Origin: Candidatus Poribacteria bacterium
Lineage (GTDB): Bacteria > Poribacteria > WGA-4E > WGA-3G
Reading direction: 5' to 3'
DNA: 64,000 bases
NCBI GenBank assembly: GCA_965214045.1
Contig: OZ243935.1
Location: 2,578,409-2,642,408 of the forward strand
The notes beneath the pieces are model-generated. The model ran no database searches. It was not told the DNA's origin and saw nothing but the letters and a program-made list of their open reading frames with translations. Both the position numbers and the translations under genes were made by a program. Below are positions 1-9,286 of this stretch, one piece after another; the first letter of the stretch is position 1; every line of letters begins with the position of its first letter.

Positions 1-116
1 TGCGTCAACAGATCGAACTTCGGCGTGTTGAAAGCGGGATTCGTCCGACTGAGGGCGTCGAACCGCCAACAATCGATCGAGATAAGTAGAAATTTATTGA
101 CAACCTTGTTCTGCAT
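1..116 (-). CDS. 5' end of a CDS that runs off the window; alkaline-phosphatase-superfamily (sulfatase-like) N-terminus
   Basis: Not in the ORF track because it is open-ended. ATG at 116 on the minus strand, 3 nt after the stop of the upstream gene. It translates MQNKVVNKFLLISIDCWRFDALSRTNPAFNTPKFDLLT, resembling the strand + D..R.D start of sulfatase/AP-family enzymes. Only 38 codons are visible. Confidence 0.35.
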   Translation of the reverse strand, partial: MQNKVVNKFLLISIDCWRFDALSRTNPAFNTPKFDLLT

Positions 117-119
117 ATT

Positions 120-1481
120 TCAATCCATTAAACGGGTGTTATATTGCCGTTCGGTATGCTGATATCCACTGAACAGGTCGGGTTGAAAAGGGGTAGGTGT
201 GTAGATGTAGACGGCATCGCTATATGGGTCGTAGAGGATAACCTCTTCGCGTGTGTCGCCACAGACATCCGCCGGAAAACAGTGATACCAACCCATTTTG
301 CCGCCAGTAGAAGGCGGCAGTTCAGGGAACGTCACCACCTTGTTTCCGCTGCTATCGTAAAGCGCAGCAGGACTATAAATCAATTCGCAAGTAGCATCCC
401 CATTCCAGCGGATGACTTCCAAGCCTGTATTGTTCGGTGTTTCATCGACGTTGAACCTGTTTTTAATCTGCCCGTTGTTGTCTATTATCATCAAGTCTGT
501 GTGATGTCCGTTGTAGCGGACGACCAGGGCGTTCTCAGAAGTATCTGGTAATAGTCTTCCACATCGGATCTCTTGTCCATGCGGCACAACATCAAAACCG
601 AGTGAGAGGATTGGATTGCCCTCGGCATCAACTACCTGTCCGCCGCCAGAGAGAATAGCCCGATTCTTGCCATTCCATTCGGAAACTAAAACCGAGTCCA
701 TGTTATCGCCGAAAAAGTGATTCCAGAGGACCGTTCCGTCGGCAGCAAGCCCGAAATTACCACCGTTGACTTCATCGAGTCCGTCGCCGTTAAAGTCGCC
801 GACAGCTGGGATGTATGCGGAGTGCTTCGGATAGCGAAACCACTCATCGGTATACTGCCAGAGCAGTTCCAATTTATGGTTAAAAGCGAGCAGATTTACA
901 CCCACCTTCACAACGAAATCTTGTGGCTGTGCGTTTCCGCAGAGGTTGGCGATCATCAAGCGTTGATGGACGTAGTTGGAGATATGGATTTCTCCTTCAG
1001 CGTAAGCATTACACTGGGACAACGCATCCGGCGCGAGAGTGTGTTTAACAGCACCCGTTGCCCCGTCTAAAATCATCAGGCGAATTGCAGACAGATTCCA
1101 TTTACTTACTTCTGGAGCGTCCGTATCTACCCAGAAACAGATGACCTCTGCCTGTCCGTCGGCATCTATGTCGTGGATAACGACGGGACCGGGTCGGTCG
1201 GGTGAGAGCGTCGTTAAAGTGGTATCCTTTGCATCGGCATCGCTGATTTCGAGATGTTTGTCACCCACTGACCATAGCGGTTTGCCTTCGAGTGTGAACG
1301 CGCCGAGGAAGCACGGATGAATGCCACCGAGCGATTTGTATACCAATAAATCAACGATGCCATCACCCGTCAGATCACCGATTCGGATATCGCCGCCCCA
1401 CGCGTTTCCGGCTGTTTCATTCAGAAATGCGTCTGGGATTGCGACCCGTTTATAAAGGTGTGCTGGTTGTGGAGTATCCAT
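120..1481 (-). CDS. FG-GAP/VCBS-type beta-propeller protein (rhamnogalacturonan-lyase-like), function unknown
   Basis: ORF 120..1556. I prefer the internal ATG (MDTPQPAHLYK) at 1481 because it lies 2 nt after the stop (1484-1486) of the upstream gene. Repeated motifs: GDLTGDGIVDLLVY, HDIDADGQAEVICF, VGDFNGDGLDEV. Confidence 0.8.
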   Translation of the reverse strand: MDTPQPAHLYKRVAIPDAFLNETAGNAWGGDIRIGDLTGDGIVDLLVYKSLGGIHPCFLGAFTLEGKPLWSVGDKHLEISDADAKDTTLTTLSPDRPGPVVIHDIDADGQAEVICFWVDTDAPEVSKWNLSAIRLMILDGATGAVKHTLAPDALSQCNAYAEGEIHISNYVHQRLMIANLCGNAQPQDFVVKVGVNLLAFNHKLELLWQYTDEWFRYPKHSAYIPAVGDFNGDGLDEVNGGNFGLAADGTVLWNHFFGDNMDSVLVSEWNGKNRAILSGGGQVVDAEGNPILSLGFDVVPHGQEIRCGRLLPDTSENALVVRYNGHHTDLMIIDNNGQIKNRFNVDETPNNTGLEVIRWNGDATCELIYSPAALYDSSGNKVVTFPELPPSTGGKMGWYHCFPADVCGDTREEVILYDPYSDAVYIYTPTPFQPDLFSGYQHTERQYNTRLMD

Positions 1482-1483
1482 TT

Positions 1484-2248
1484 TTAGATAAACGCCTTGA
1501 AAATTCCTACGTAGAGGGCGAGCACCTTCTCTGGATCGGGACCGGTATAAGCACATTCATTGGATATGTAGCCTGAGAAACCGGTGCGATCGAGCCATCG
1601 AAACATCTGCCGGTAAAGATCAAACGTCTCTGGTTCTTCCACCCGGTGCGTATGCACCGCAGTAATGTGTGAACCGACACGCGAAAAGAGAGGGTCAATA
1701 CTTCCGGCATCGCAACCGATGAATTGCGAATTGAAAACAAAGCCAACGTTGGGGAGATTCACGCCTTCAATGACTTCCATTGCTGAATCTGGGTCTGTGA
1801 ATGAACCGTGCATCTCAATAGAGACAGTAATATCCTTTTCAGCCGCGTAAGCGCCGAGTGCCTTCAAGCTATCCGTGACGTAACCGACAATAGCGTCTCG
1901 GTTTTCCTCGGTATATCGGTCGCCGAGCACTCGGACATGGTCACAGCCCATGAATTCCGACATGTCAATCACGCGTGTAACGCGTCGGACACTCTCCTCA
2001 CGGTCGGTGGCGTTTTCGGAGTGGAAATTTTGGCAACTTGTGAGTGAAGAAATAACAACGTCGCTTGCATCGACCTGTGCCTTGAGTCCGTCCCAAGCCT
2101 CTCTTGGCGTATCCCACTCGAATCCGTGCTTCTGCTCGTAATCCATCAACAATTCGACACCGTGATAGCCGGTAGCGGCAGCGGTGTCAAGTATGCGTCC
2201 GAGTTCCCACTCTTGGCAGGTTTGGTAGGTATTCAATGACCATTTCAT
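1484..2248 (-). CDS. xylose-isomerase-like TIM-barrel protein (sugar phosphate isomerase/epimerase family)
   Basis: 254-aa ORF. N-terminus MKWSLNTYQTCQEWELGRILDTAAATGYHGVELL is typical of this family. Box B ends directly at its ATG. Confidence 0.85.
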   Translation of the reverse strand: MKWSLNTYQTCQEWELGRILDTAAATGYHGVELLMDYEQKHGFEWDTPREAWDGLKAQVDASDVVISSLTSCQNFHSENATDREESVRRVTRVIDMSEFMGCDHVRVLGDRYTEENRDAIVGYVTDSLKALGAYAAEKDITVSIEMHGSFTDPDSAMEVIEGVNLPNVGFVFNSQFIGCDAGSIDPLFSRVGSHITAVHTHRVEEPETFDLYRQMFRWLDRTGFSGYISNECAYTGPDPEKVLALYVGIFKAFI

Positions 2249-2336
2249 ATTTTTAATTTCCTTGCGGTTAACTGACGTGAAATTAGTGTTTGAAGTGCCT
2301 TTCCGTAGATCCGCCGTCCACTTCGTTGCGGGCTAA
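2249..2336 (-). promoter_or_regulatory. Box B + Box A leader module (copy 1)
   Basis: Minus-strand reading: TTAGCCCGCAACGAAGTGGACGGCGGATCTACGGAAAGG ... GTCAGTTAACCGCAAGGAAATTAAAAAT followed by ATG. Hexamer GAAATT is at -12..-7 of the start codon. Confidence 0.6.
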
Positions 2337-2376
2337 GTTTTCGTTAAAACTAAATCTCTGCGTTGAAAACTATTCT

Positions 2377-2405
2377 GCTGATCGTTGACTGCTGATTGCT
2401 GATCG
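2377..2405. repeat. heptamer array (HPE arm): GCTGATC GTTGACT GCTGATT GCTGATC
   Basis: Four tandem 7-nt units abut the stop codon (2406-2408) of the vWA gene. Confidence 0.8.
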
Positions 2406-3509
2406 TTATTGCTGTATTGGAATCGGGAACCAGAGTCCCCCAGTTTTCGTTGTTAACGCTCTATGTGTGGTGTGATTGATGCCGATAACATCTACAATGA
2501 TGTTGTTCTGGAAGCATTGTGCTAACACTTCTGGTAGCGTATAAGACCCTTTGCTCGCTTCATCGGTGACAAGAATGAACCGGCGGTTTACCCCTTCGCG
2601 GAAGTTGACGCGACGAATTGTTTTTATGATCGCATTGTGTGCCCGTTCATCTCCAGCAGCGGCGACAACGTGTGAAGTTAACAGCCGTTTGTATTTCTCG
2701 CTATCTCGCGTTTGTGGATGGATAATCGTATCGCCTTCAAGATACCTGAAAATAACGATTCCGAGAGTGAAATCAATGCCTTTCTCTTCAAACACTGTTA
2801 CCATCCGATTGAGTTGTCTGCCGACTGCACGGATATTATCTATCATGCTCCCACTAATGTCAAGTAGAAAAACGAGATCAACAGCAGTTTCGGTTTTGCC
2901 GTCAGCGACGCTCTCGGCGATACCTTCTAATGCCTCCCCCATTCGTGCGTCTCTGTCAATCGGTGGCGCAGGGCTATTATTATCTGTCCCTGTGTTCAGT
3001 GCAGTTTCTCCTTGGATGGCCTTGGGTTTAGGAGCGATTGTGGGAGCCTGCGCATTTGCAGTCGCAATCGTTTTCCATGCGAGAGTCTCTGGGGTCTGCT
3101 CGCGCAGAGATGTCTCAGCCATTGGTAACCGAGCGTCTGTCCTCAGCACGGGAATAGATGCACTGGAAGCGGTTGGCGGTGCTGAATGCACCAGTTTTGC
3201 AACGTTTTGATTCAGAGGTGGCGAGGTCTTTGAACGCGTCGGTGTTGACCGTCGGGTGGTTGGCATAGAACGTTTGCGCGTACTATTTACATGAAAACGC
3301 TGGAGAGATGTTACAGAGATGGCTTCCGAGGTAAGCGGTTCCGAAGGTTGCATCGGTCGATACCACTGAATATAACTGAGACCTATAATTCCCGTCGCAA
3401 TGACGTGTAGAACCAACGAAACCAGAAAGGCACGCCGGGTTTTTCTACGCTTCTGCTGAAGTTTGTCTGAATAGGTATCGAGTAACAGCATATTTCGTTT
3501 CCCTACCAA
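2406..3509 (-). CDS. membrane-anchored von Willebrand factor A (vWA) domain protein
   Basis: N-terminal TM segment (FLVSLVLHVIATGIIGL), a low-complexity S/T/P linker, and the MIDAS motif DLVFLLDISGSM. The exact start is uncertain. Confidence 0.8.
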   Translation of the reverse strand: MVGKRNMLLLDTYSDKLQQKRRKTRRAFLVSLVLHVIATGIIGLSYIQWYRPMQPSEPLTSEAISVTSLQRFHVNSTRKRSMPTTRRSTPTRSKTSPPLNQNVAKLVHSAPPTASSASIPVLRTDARLPMAETSLREQTPETLAWKTIATANAQAPTIAPKPKAIQGETALNTGTDNNSPAPPIDRDARMGEALEGIAESVADGKTETAVDLVFLLDISGSMIDNIRAVGRQLNRMVTVFEEKGIDFTLGIVIFRYLEGDTIIHPQTRDSEKYKRLLTSHVVAAAGDERAHNAIIKTIRRVNFREGVNRRFILVTDEASKGSYTLPEVLAQCFQNNIIVDVIGINHTTHRALTTKTGGLWFPIPIQQ

Positions 3510-3517
3510 GAGGCTGC

Positions 3518-6076
3518 CTACAAAATTGAGATCGTCCCTTGATTTCCATCAACGCGGAGTATCTGTCCGTCAGTGATACGACGTGTCGCGCTCGGAATGT
3601 TCGCTACCGCAGGCACACCATACTCTCTGGCAACGACTGCACCGTGTGAAAGGATCCCACCGCGCTCCATCACCAGTCCCGCTGCATGCAGAAAAAGCGG
3701 TGTCCATGCCGGATCGGTTGACGGACATACCAGAATGTAATCCCTGTCGGATGGGAGCGCATCTGCTGGTGTCAAAAGCACACGGGCGTGTCCGGTCGCA
3801 ACGCCTGCCGAAACGCCCACCCCTGTATATGTATCCACCGCATCAATTGGCATCGATGCACCAATCTGATCCAACGCATCGCTGAAAATGACATCCGGTA
3901 CCTCAATCTGAAGTGCCAGTTCACGCTTCAGATTACGTGTGGTGATTGCATCACTGAGGACTTCACCGTTTATTAATTGTCGTAATTCATCCGGTACGAG
4001 ATAGAAGATGCCGCCATCGAGTTGATAACGGTGATCCAATTCAAGGAGCGCACGTCGGATCTGTTCATAGCCGAGCATCAGGTAAAATTTCGCTGTCTCC
4101 CTGAAAGGCATATAAGTTCTCGCGAAGTCCAGTTCACTCTCAATCTGCTTCCTTAAACCCGTTTTATTTCCGAGTCGTGTGGCGAGTTCCTTTTCTGCGG
4201 ACTCGCGTTGCGCTATCTGTTGCTGTGCCCCGTCACTCTTGGAAGAAGAGGATTCAGTGTTCTTTTGCCGGAAAGATGCAATGATCTGTTCAAGATAAGT
4301 GGTATCTTCGCGCCAGCGGGGCTGTGCTAATTCAAACTCGTCGACACCTCGATGTCCGTAATCTTTTAGGAAATCGGTAAGGGACAAGTCCTCTGTTGCC
4401 ACTTCCGACAATTTCTCGTTGGTTTCAACGGTGAGATTACCAGAAATCCCGCTAATAAGCCTGCTCGCGAAAGTTTTTACTTCTGTTTCATTCAAGCACT
4501 TCTGAAGTGCCGCCTCCAATCGTTGAAGTGAAAACCCCGCAAGGAGTGTAGCGGTCAGGGCTTTCGGCGCGAACTCGTCTAATGTTTTGGCGCGCCATTC
4601 TTCAAACTTCGCTACTAATTCGGCATCCGTTAGGTCTGAATAGGAAATGTCTTGTTCTGTTTCTACTTCCTCCTGAAACGCTGGGATGACCTCTTCAGTT
4701 AACAATCGGACGAAGTCGGAGCGACACTGGCGAAGACGCATTTCTGCTCTGCTCATACGAATGATATGGAGCGGCAGTTTCAACCAAAATGAGGCGTTAC
4801 TCCGAGTAATATCGCTTTGTGCTTGGGTATACATCGCTTCTTGCGGATTTTGCTTCAAGGCGTTAAAATCGTGCGCGAAGGGGAAACCCTCAAAGTGAAG
4901 TTCCGCCTCGCGGTTTAAATTGACGTAAATCCGTCCACATATCAGTTCGAGAATCCCCTCATGATGAACCCGCTTGCTTGGATAAAACCCTAAGTCCCGA
5001 TAGGCTTTACCTAACCCACCAGCACCCGACATAAATTTCTTCATAATTGCCCACGTCATCGGGAGTGGAGCCGGTAGCACCTCCGCAAGGTTGTGATGAC
5101 ACCAAACTGTCCCGTGTTCTTCGGCACATGCTTCCAATATCTGGATTTCCTCCTGACGGACTTTCTCAACGCTTTCTTTATCGACTTCTGAGATGGAATG
5201 TGCCTCATTAAGATGTGTGATAGATGCGGCGGCTGTGGTGATGTAGCGGGACTGCAACAGGACAAACTGTCCATTTGCGAGTGCCCACTCAATGTCCATC
5301 GGTTGTTCATAGTGGGTTTCGACCCGCATACCCAGCTGCGTGAGTTCCTTTAATTGTACGTCTGTTAGACTTGGGACATCTTGTTGTGCAGCGGGTATCT
5401 CACTTATACCAGTAGCGGTTACCATTTCGCTTTTCGTAGCGATGTTTCTCTCCAAAACCTCGCCTGTATCCCGCGACACCTGAAAACTATCAGGCGTGAT
5501 AGCACCAGATACAACCGACTCACCTAATCCCCAATTCGATTCAATAATCGAGGCATTCTCATTAAAGGGAGCGACCGTGAAAAGGACACCGGAGACATCT
5601 GCGTCGCACATTTCTTGAATGACGATTGCCATTGCTAACCCTTCATCAGGGATCTTCTGCGTTTGCCGATAGGCGATGGCGCGTTCCGACCAGAGCGATG
5701 CCCAGCACGCTTTGAGCGCGTCTAAAAGTTCATCGGCTGTTACATTCAGAAACGTATCCTGTTGTCCCGCAAAACTTGCTTCTGCCAGATCCTCCGCTGT
5801 GGCACTGGAACGCACTGCGACTGTGGCTGTCTGTAATTTTTCTCGCGCTATGTGGATTTCTGCGACAAGTTCTGGCGACAATTCTATGTCTTTAACGCTG
5901 CTTTTATTCTGTTCCGATAGACCTTCAACAGAGAATCGGTAAGCATCCGTAGTGACACAAAAACCTCTCGGCACTGAAAACCCAGCCCTTGTCAGTTTTC
6001 CGAGATTCAACCCTTTTCCGCCGACACGGAGCAAGTCGGCATCGTCAATTTCTGAGAAGTGTTTGATAAATTGCAT
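3518..6076 (-). CDS. PEP-utilising enzyme with PPDK_N ATP-grasp N-domain and C-terminal swivel phosphohistidine domain (PEP synthase / rifampicin-phosphotransferase-like architecture)
   Basis: 852 aa. N-terminal VGGKGLNLGKLTRAGFSVPRGF and C-terminal TDPAWTPLFLHAAGLVMERGGILSHGAVVAREYGVPAV. Box B ends at its ATG. Confidence 0.9.
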   Translation of the reverse strand: MQFIKHFSEIDDADLLRVGGKGLNLGKLTRAGFSVPRGFCVTTDAYRFSVEGLSEQNKSSVKDIELSPELVAEIHIAREKLQTATVAVRSSATAEDLAEASFAGQQDTFLNVTADELLDALKACWASLWSERAIAYRQTQKIPDEGLAMAIVIQEMCDADVSGVLFTVAPFNENASIIESNWGLGESVVSGAITPDSFQVSRDTGEVLERNIATKSEMVTATGISEIPAAQQDVPSLTDVQLKELTQLGMRVETHYEQPMDIEWALANGQFVLLQSRYITTAAASITHLNEAHSISEVDKESVEKVRQEEIQILEACAEEHGTVWCHHNLAEVLPAPLPMTWAIMKKFMSGAGGLGKAYRDLGFYPSKRVHHEGILELICGRIYVNLNREAELHFEGFPFAHDFNALKQNPQEAMYTQAQSDITRSNASFWLKLPLHIIRMSRAEMRLRQCRSDFVRLLTEEVIPAFQEEVETEQDISYSDLTDAELVAKFEEWRAKTLDEFAPKALTATLLAGFSLQRLEAALQKCLNETEVKTFASRLISGISGNLTVETNEKLSEVATEDLSLTDFLKDYGHRGVDEFELAQPRWREDTTYLEQIIASFRQKNTESSSSKSDGAQQQIAQRESAEKELATRLGNKTGLRKQIESELDFARTYMPFRETAKFYLMLGYEQIRRALLELDHRYQLDGGIFYLVPDELRQLINGEVLSDAITTRNLKRELALQIEVPDVIFSDALDQIGASMPIDAVDTYTGVGVSAGVATGHARVLLTPADALPSDRDYILVCPSTDPAWTPLFLHAAGLVMERGGILSHGAVVAREYGVPAVANIPSATRRITDGQILRVDGNQGTISIL

Positions 6077-6154
6077 TTTTTAATTTTACCTTGCGGAGTA
6101 ATGAAAGGGGTTTGAACTGTTGCGTGCGTTCCCTCTATCCTGCTTCGCAGTGAG
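6077..6154 (-). promoter_or_regulatory. Box B + degenerate Box A leader module (copy 2)
   Basis: Minus-strand reading ...CACTGCGAAGCAGGATAGAGGGAACG ... CTCCGCAAGGTAAAATTAAAAA followed by ATG. TAAAAT is at -12..-7. Confidence 0.5.
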
Positions 6155-6284
6155 AACCATTACATTACGGACTACGGGTTTGGCTGGAAGATGAGTGAAG
6201 ATAGTATATCAGAATCTATCTACCGAATGCAAATGGGTTTAGACGTGCTTTTTGTAGGATAAAAGGGGGTAGGCTTAAAGTAAG

Positions 6285-6315
6285 TATAGAGGCTGGTCTC
6301 ATACCAGCCTCTATA
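6285..6315. terminator. 13-bp perfect hairpin, probable (bidirectional) terminator for the 6349..6975 gene
   Basis: TATAGAGGCTGGT-ctcat-ACCAGCCTCTATA, with T-rich flanks on both strands (GCGTTTT on plus, CTTACTTTAA on minus). Confidence 0.5.
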
Positions 6316-6348
6316 GCGTTTTAAACAACGAAGACATTGACATGAGTG

Positions 6349-6975
6349 TTAGTTATCGTCATCATCATCGTCATGTCCGTTATCATCGTCGTGTTCGTCG
6401 TCCTCATCATGCTCATCTTCTTCCTCGTCATGAACATCATCCATGTTATCATGATCGTCGTCCATGTCCTCGTCATGTTCATCGTCTTCCTCATGCTCGA
6501 CATCCATTTTCTCATGAGCATCTTCGTGCGCGTCGCCGTGTTCTTGCTGGATGACCCGCTCTTGGGCTTCTTGTTGATTAATCCAATCAACGAATAATTG
6601 AATTTCAGCCTCCGTCAGTGGCGGTCCACCAGGGGGCATTCTACCGGAAACGATCTCTTCAACGACTTCACTCTCTTCTGCGTTCCCCGGGATGAACGCA
6701 GGACCGTGTTTGCCTCCCGCTATAAATGATTCGTATGTCCTGAAATCCAGACCGTGAGGACCATCGGCGACGTGACACCCCGAAAGCGCGCATCTCGCCG
6801 TAAGGATGGGCAGAACGTTCTGTTCAAAGGAAGTTTCGACGGTATCAACGGATTCGTGAACGTCCATCGGCGATATATGATCAGGTATTAGCAAGTTACT
6901 CCGATCGCGCGCACATCCAAGTACGCAAAGTATTACCGCAACAGTTAAGAAAAAAAATCGTGTGCTTGTAGTCAT
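6349..6975 (-). CDS. lipoprotein with planctomycete-type cytochrome-c-like domain and a ~65-residue Asp/Glu/His-rich C-terminal tail
   Basis: Lipobox VLGC. LPILTARCALSGCHV...RMPPGGPPLTEAEIQLFVDWI resembles PSCyt-type domains. The tail is HEDAHEKMDVEHEEDDEHDEDMDDDHDNMDDVHDEEEDEHDEDDEHDDDNGHDDDDDDN. Confidence 0.7.
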   Translation of the reverse strand: MTTSTRFFFLTVAVILCVLGCARDRSNLLIPDHISPMDVHESVDTVETSFEQNVLPILTARCALSGCHVADGPHGLDFRTYESFIAGGKHGPAFIPGNAEESEVVEEIVSGRMPPGGPPLTEAEIQLFVDWINQQEAQERVIQQEHGDAHEDAHEKMDVEHEEDDEHDEDMDDDHDNMDDVHDEEEDEHDEDDEHDDDNGHDDDDDDN

Positions 6976-7112
6976 GAAATACCTTCCTTAGATATTTATG
7001 TTTTTGAAAGTTAGTTGTAAGGATTCTTTTCACTAATCGTAGATACTGAGTCGGACACGCGGAGAACCGTTTTTCACGTTATTTTCTTGACAATCGCTGT
7101 GAATTTGCTAAA

Positions 7113-8294
7113 TTGGAAAGAATGTTTCAGAACGCGATCGAGATTCTCACTTTAATCGCTTCCGCTGTCGTGCAGTGGCTCTTTTATCGGAAACGTTGGT
7201 TTCCGAAGGATTTCACACCTGAACGGATCCTCGTTATCAAACTTGATCATCTTGGGGATGTCCTGTTAGCAACACCGGTGTTTTCCAATCTCCGTCGGGC
7301 GTATCCGAACGCTGAGTTGCACGCGCTCACTGGGACATGGAGTCGCATCGTTTTAGAGAGGCATCCTGAGGTCAATAAGGTTATAGAATACAATTCACCC
7401 GCTTTTTGCCGTACAGGTCAGCCGACATCACTCAGAGAAACGTTTAAGCTCTACCGCGAGTTACGCCGCCAAAAATACGATCTGATGGTGGATCTCCGTA
7501 GTGATTGGCGAATGGTCTGGTTTGCGTTCTTACGGCTCACACCGAAACGCTTCAGTCGTGCCGCTCTACAAGTTGCGAACAAAGTGGGTTTTGCACAATT
7601 CAGTGGAATCCATGAAACGACACGTAACCTCGATGTCTTAAGGCAAGCAGACATCCCGACGCCCGTACGAACCGCTATCTTCTCAGTAACAGCAAAAGAT
7701 AAAAAATGGGCATCCGAACTCCTTGCCACATGTCAAATTGAGAGGCAACGTCCACTAATTGCTATCCATCCTGGGTCTCCGATTGCGCTAAAACGGTGGA
7801 TGCCTGAGCGGTTTGCAGAGTTAGCGGATTGGCTGATTGACCAAAAACGTGCACAGATTCTGTATGTCGGTGTGGAAGATGAAATACCGATAATCACCGA
7901 AATTCAGGCACGCATGCGAGAAAAGTCTATCAATATTGCTGGCAAAACGACCCTGATACAACTGGCATCGATCTTGCACACATGTAATGTGTTTATCGGC
8001 AACGATAGTGGTCCGATGCATCTCGCCGCAGCTGTTGGCACGCAGACCATCGGACTGTATGGGCCCGGAGATCCCACCCGTTTCGGTCCGGCAAGTGAAA
8101 AGTGTCAGACGATTCAGCGGAGGTCGGACTGCCCCTGTTTGGGAGCGACGTGTCGATTCGGACAAGCCGGGTGTATGTCCGAAATTCAGGTTGCTGATGT
8201 GATGCAGACCCTTGAAGCGGCTGCATATTTGCCAAAAGTTGAGAGATTTGATGCTAAGCAGCAAACACGCATCAATAGTGATAAGGTCGTTTAG
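7113..8294 (+). CDS. glycosyltransferase family 9 (LPS heptosyltransferase-like)
   Basis: Motifs ILVIKLDHLGDVLLATP and FIGNDSGPMHLAAAVG. The start may be the ATG at 7122. Confidence 0.85.
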   Translation: MERMFQNAIEILTLIASAVVQWLFYRKRWFPKDFTPERILVIKLDHLGDVLLATPVFSNLRRAYPNAELHALTGTWSRIVLERHPEVNKVIEYNSPAFCRTGQPTSLRETFKLYRELRRQKYDLMVDLRSDWRMVWFAFLRLTPKRFSRAALQVANKVGFAQFSGIHETTRNLDVLRQADIPTPVRTAIFSVTAKDKKWASELLATCQIERQRPLIAIHPGSPIALKRWMPERFAELADWLIDQKRAQILYVGVEDEIPIITEIQARMREKSINIAGKTTLIQLASILHTCNVFIGNDSGPMHLAAAVGTQTIGLYGPGDPTRFGPASEKCQTIQRRSDCPCLGATCRFGQAGCMSEIQVADVMQTLEAAAYLPKVERFDAKQQTRINSDKVV

Positions 8295-8333
8295 TTTTAA
8301 AACGCAATGATCCTACAACAGTGACGAATTAAC

Positions 8334-8362
8334 TTGACATGTTATTCTAAAGGGGTTATAAT
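8334..8362 (+). promoter_or_regulatory. consensus sigma-70 promoter TTGACA-17 nt-TATAAT
   Basis: TTGACA at 8334-8339, 17-nt spacer, TATAAT at 8357-8362. It lies about 160 nt upstream of the lipoprotein ATG at 8526. The implied 5' UTR contains the hairpin GCTTGCAA/TTGCAAGC. Confidence 0.65.
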
Positions 8363-8525
8363 ACCTCACAATAGCATCCACAGAAGAAATGTGTCTTAGC
8401 CTTCGAGTGGCTGATTCTTGCCTTATGCGTGTTTGGGAAACTGAAAAGCACAATTTTTGGATGCAACAGGCTTGCAACCCTTGTTTGCAAGCAATGTAAT
8501 GAATCTAAAGGAGGAATTTAGAAAA

Positions 8526-9197
8526 ATGCAATCGAGATTAACGTGGCTCGTGCTTGTCCTCTTCGCAGCAAGCATCATGAGCATCAGCATTGTCGGCTGC
8601 GGTGGCGACACCGAAGAAGAATCCGCTGAAAAACCGACAGAAAGCTCCTCATCCACGAGTTCTGATGAGCCTGTAGTTGCTGCAAGACCCCCAATTGATT
8701 TCGCAGCAGAAAAAGTCGCAATCCAAAAGGTCTACAGTGCCTTCTACGAAGCCTTTAACGACAACGATCTCAAAGCCATTGGAGAGACTTTCCGGACGAA
8801 TGACGGCAAGGTTGCCTTCGGAACAATCTTTGCTGGAAATGAACCTGTGCCAATCGCCTTCGGGTGGACGAATGTTAAAGTCGCTATCGAAGGTCTGTGG
8901 ATCGGTATCGGCACAAAGGGTTCCAAATGGGGTCAGAACGACCAATTGACAGATTTTTGGATTCGCTATAAAGGCAGCAAAATTGAAGCGAGTGCCATAG
9001 GCTACAATTGTTACAAAGGCTCGTTTCCTGGTGAAACGCATCTCTATCTGGTGAAAGAGGAAAAGGATGGGTGGAAGATTCACGAGTTAGATAGCAGTAC
9101 CGAAAATAACCTTGGCATCTTTGGCTTTCACAAAGGTAAACCCCGGCTTAAGGATGCAGGCCGCTTCTTTACGACAGATGCCGACAAAGTCGAATAA
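8526..9197 (+). CDS. NTF2/SnoaL-like (DUF4440-type) lipoprotein
   Basis: ATG at 8526 preceded by AAGGAGG. Signal peptide and lipobox LVLVLFAASIMSISIVGCGG. KVAIQKVYSAFYEAFNDNDLKAIGETF is typical of NTF2-like folds. Confidence 0.75.
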   Translation: MQSRLTWLVLVLFAASIMSISIVGCGGDTEEESAEKPTESSSSTSSDEPVVAARPPIDFAAEKVAIQKVYSAFYEAFNDNDLKAIGETFRTNDGKVAFGTIFAGNEPVPIAFGWTNVKVAIEGLWIGIGTKGSKWGQNDQLTDFWIRYKGSKIEASAIGYNCYKGSFPGETHLYLVKEEKDGWKIHELDSSTENNLGIFGFHKGKPRLKDAGRFFTTDADKVE

Positions 9198-9225
9198 GTC
9201 CAATTTTGGTGCGCACAGTTGCTAA

Positions 9226-9280
9226 AGACTGCCCCTTTTTGTGCAGTTTAAAAAGAGATTGCCCCTTTTCGTGCAGTTTA
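9226..9280. repeat. two tandem ~25-bp units with 30-bp period
   Basis: AGACTGCCCCTTTTTGTGCAGTTTA and AGATTGCCCCTTTTCGTGCAGTTTA. A partial third unit (GTGCGCACAGTTGCTA) lies just upstream. Confidence 0.7.
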
Positions 9281-9286
9281 ACCCGC

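Noticed and set aside
2249-2277. Box B as nothing more than a Shine-Dalgarno sequence (AAGG)
   Set aside because: Conservation extends over about 30 nt, far beyond an SD. The AAGG is 12 nt from the start codon, whereas the clear GGAGG SDs elsewhere in the window mostly sit 5-8 nt away.
2551-3210. 219-aa plus-strand ORF opposite the vWA gene
   Set aside because: It is antisense to a CDS carrying a clear MIDAS motif, and it has no independent support.
6321-6597. Three ORFs (6321..6590 minus; 6342..6554 and 6346..6597 plus) encoding His/Arg-, Met/Thr- or Ile/Val-rich peptides
   Set aside because: They are shadow frames of the GAT/GAC/GAA/CAT-rich DNA that encodes the acidic tail of 6349..6975. 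They have low-complexity composition and no start-site signals.
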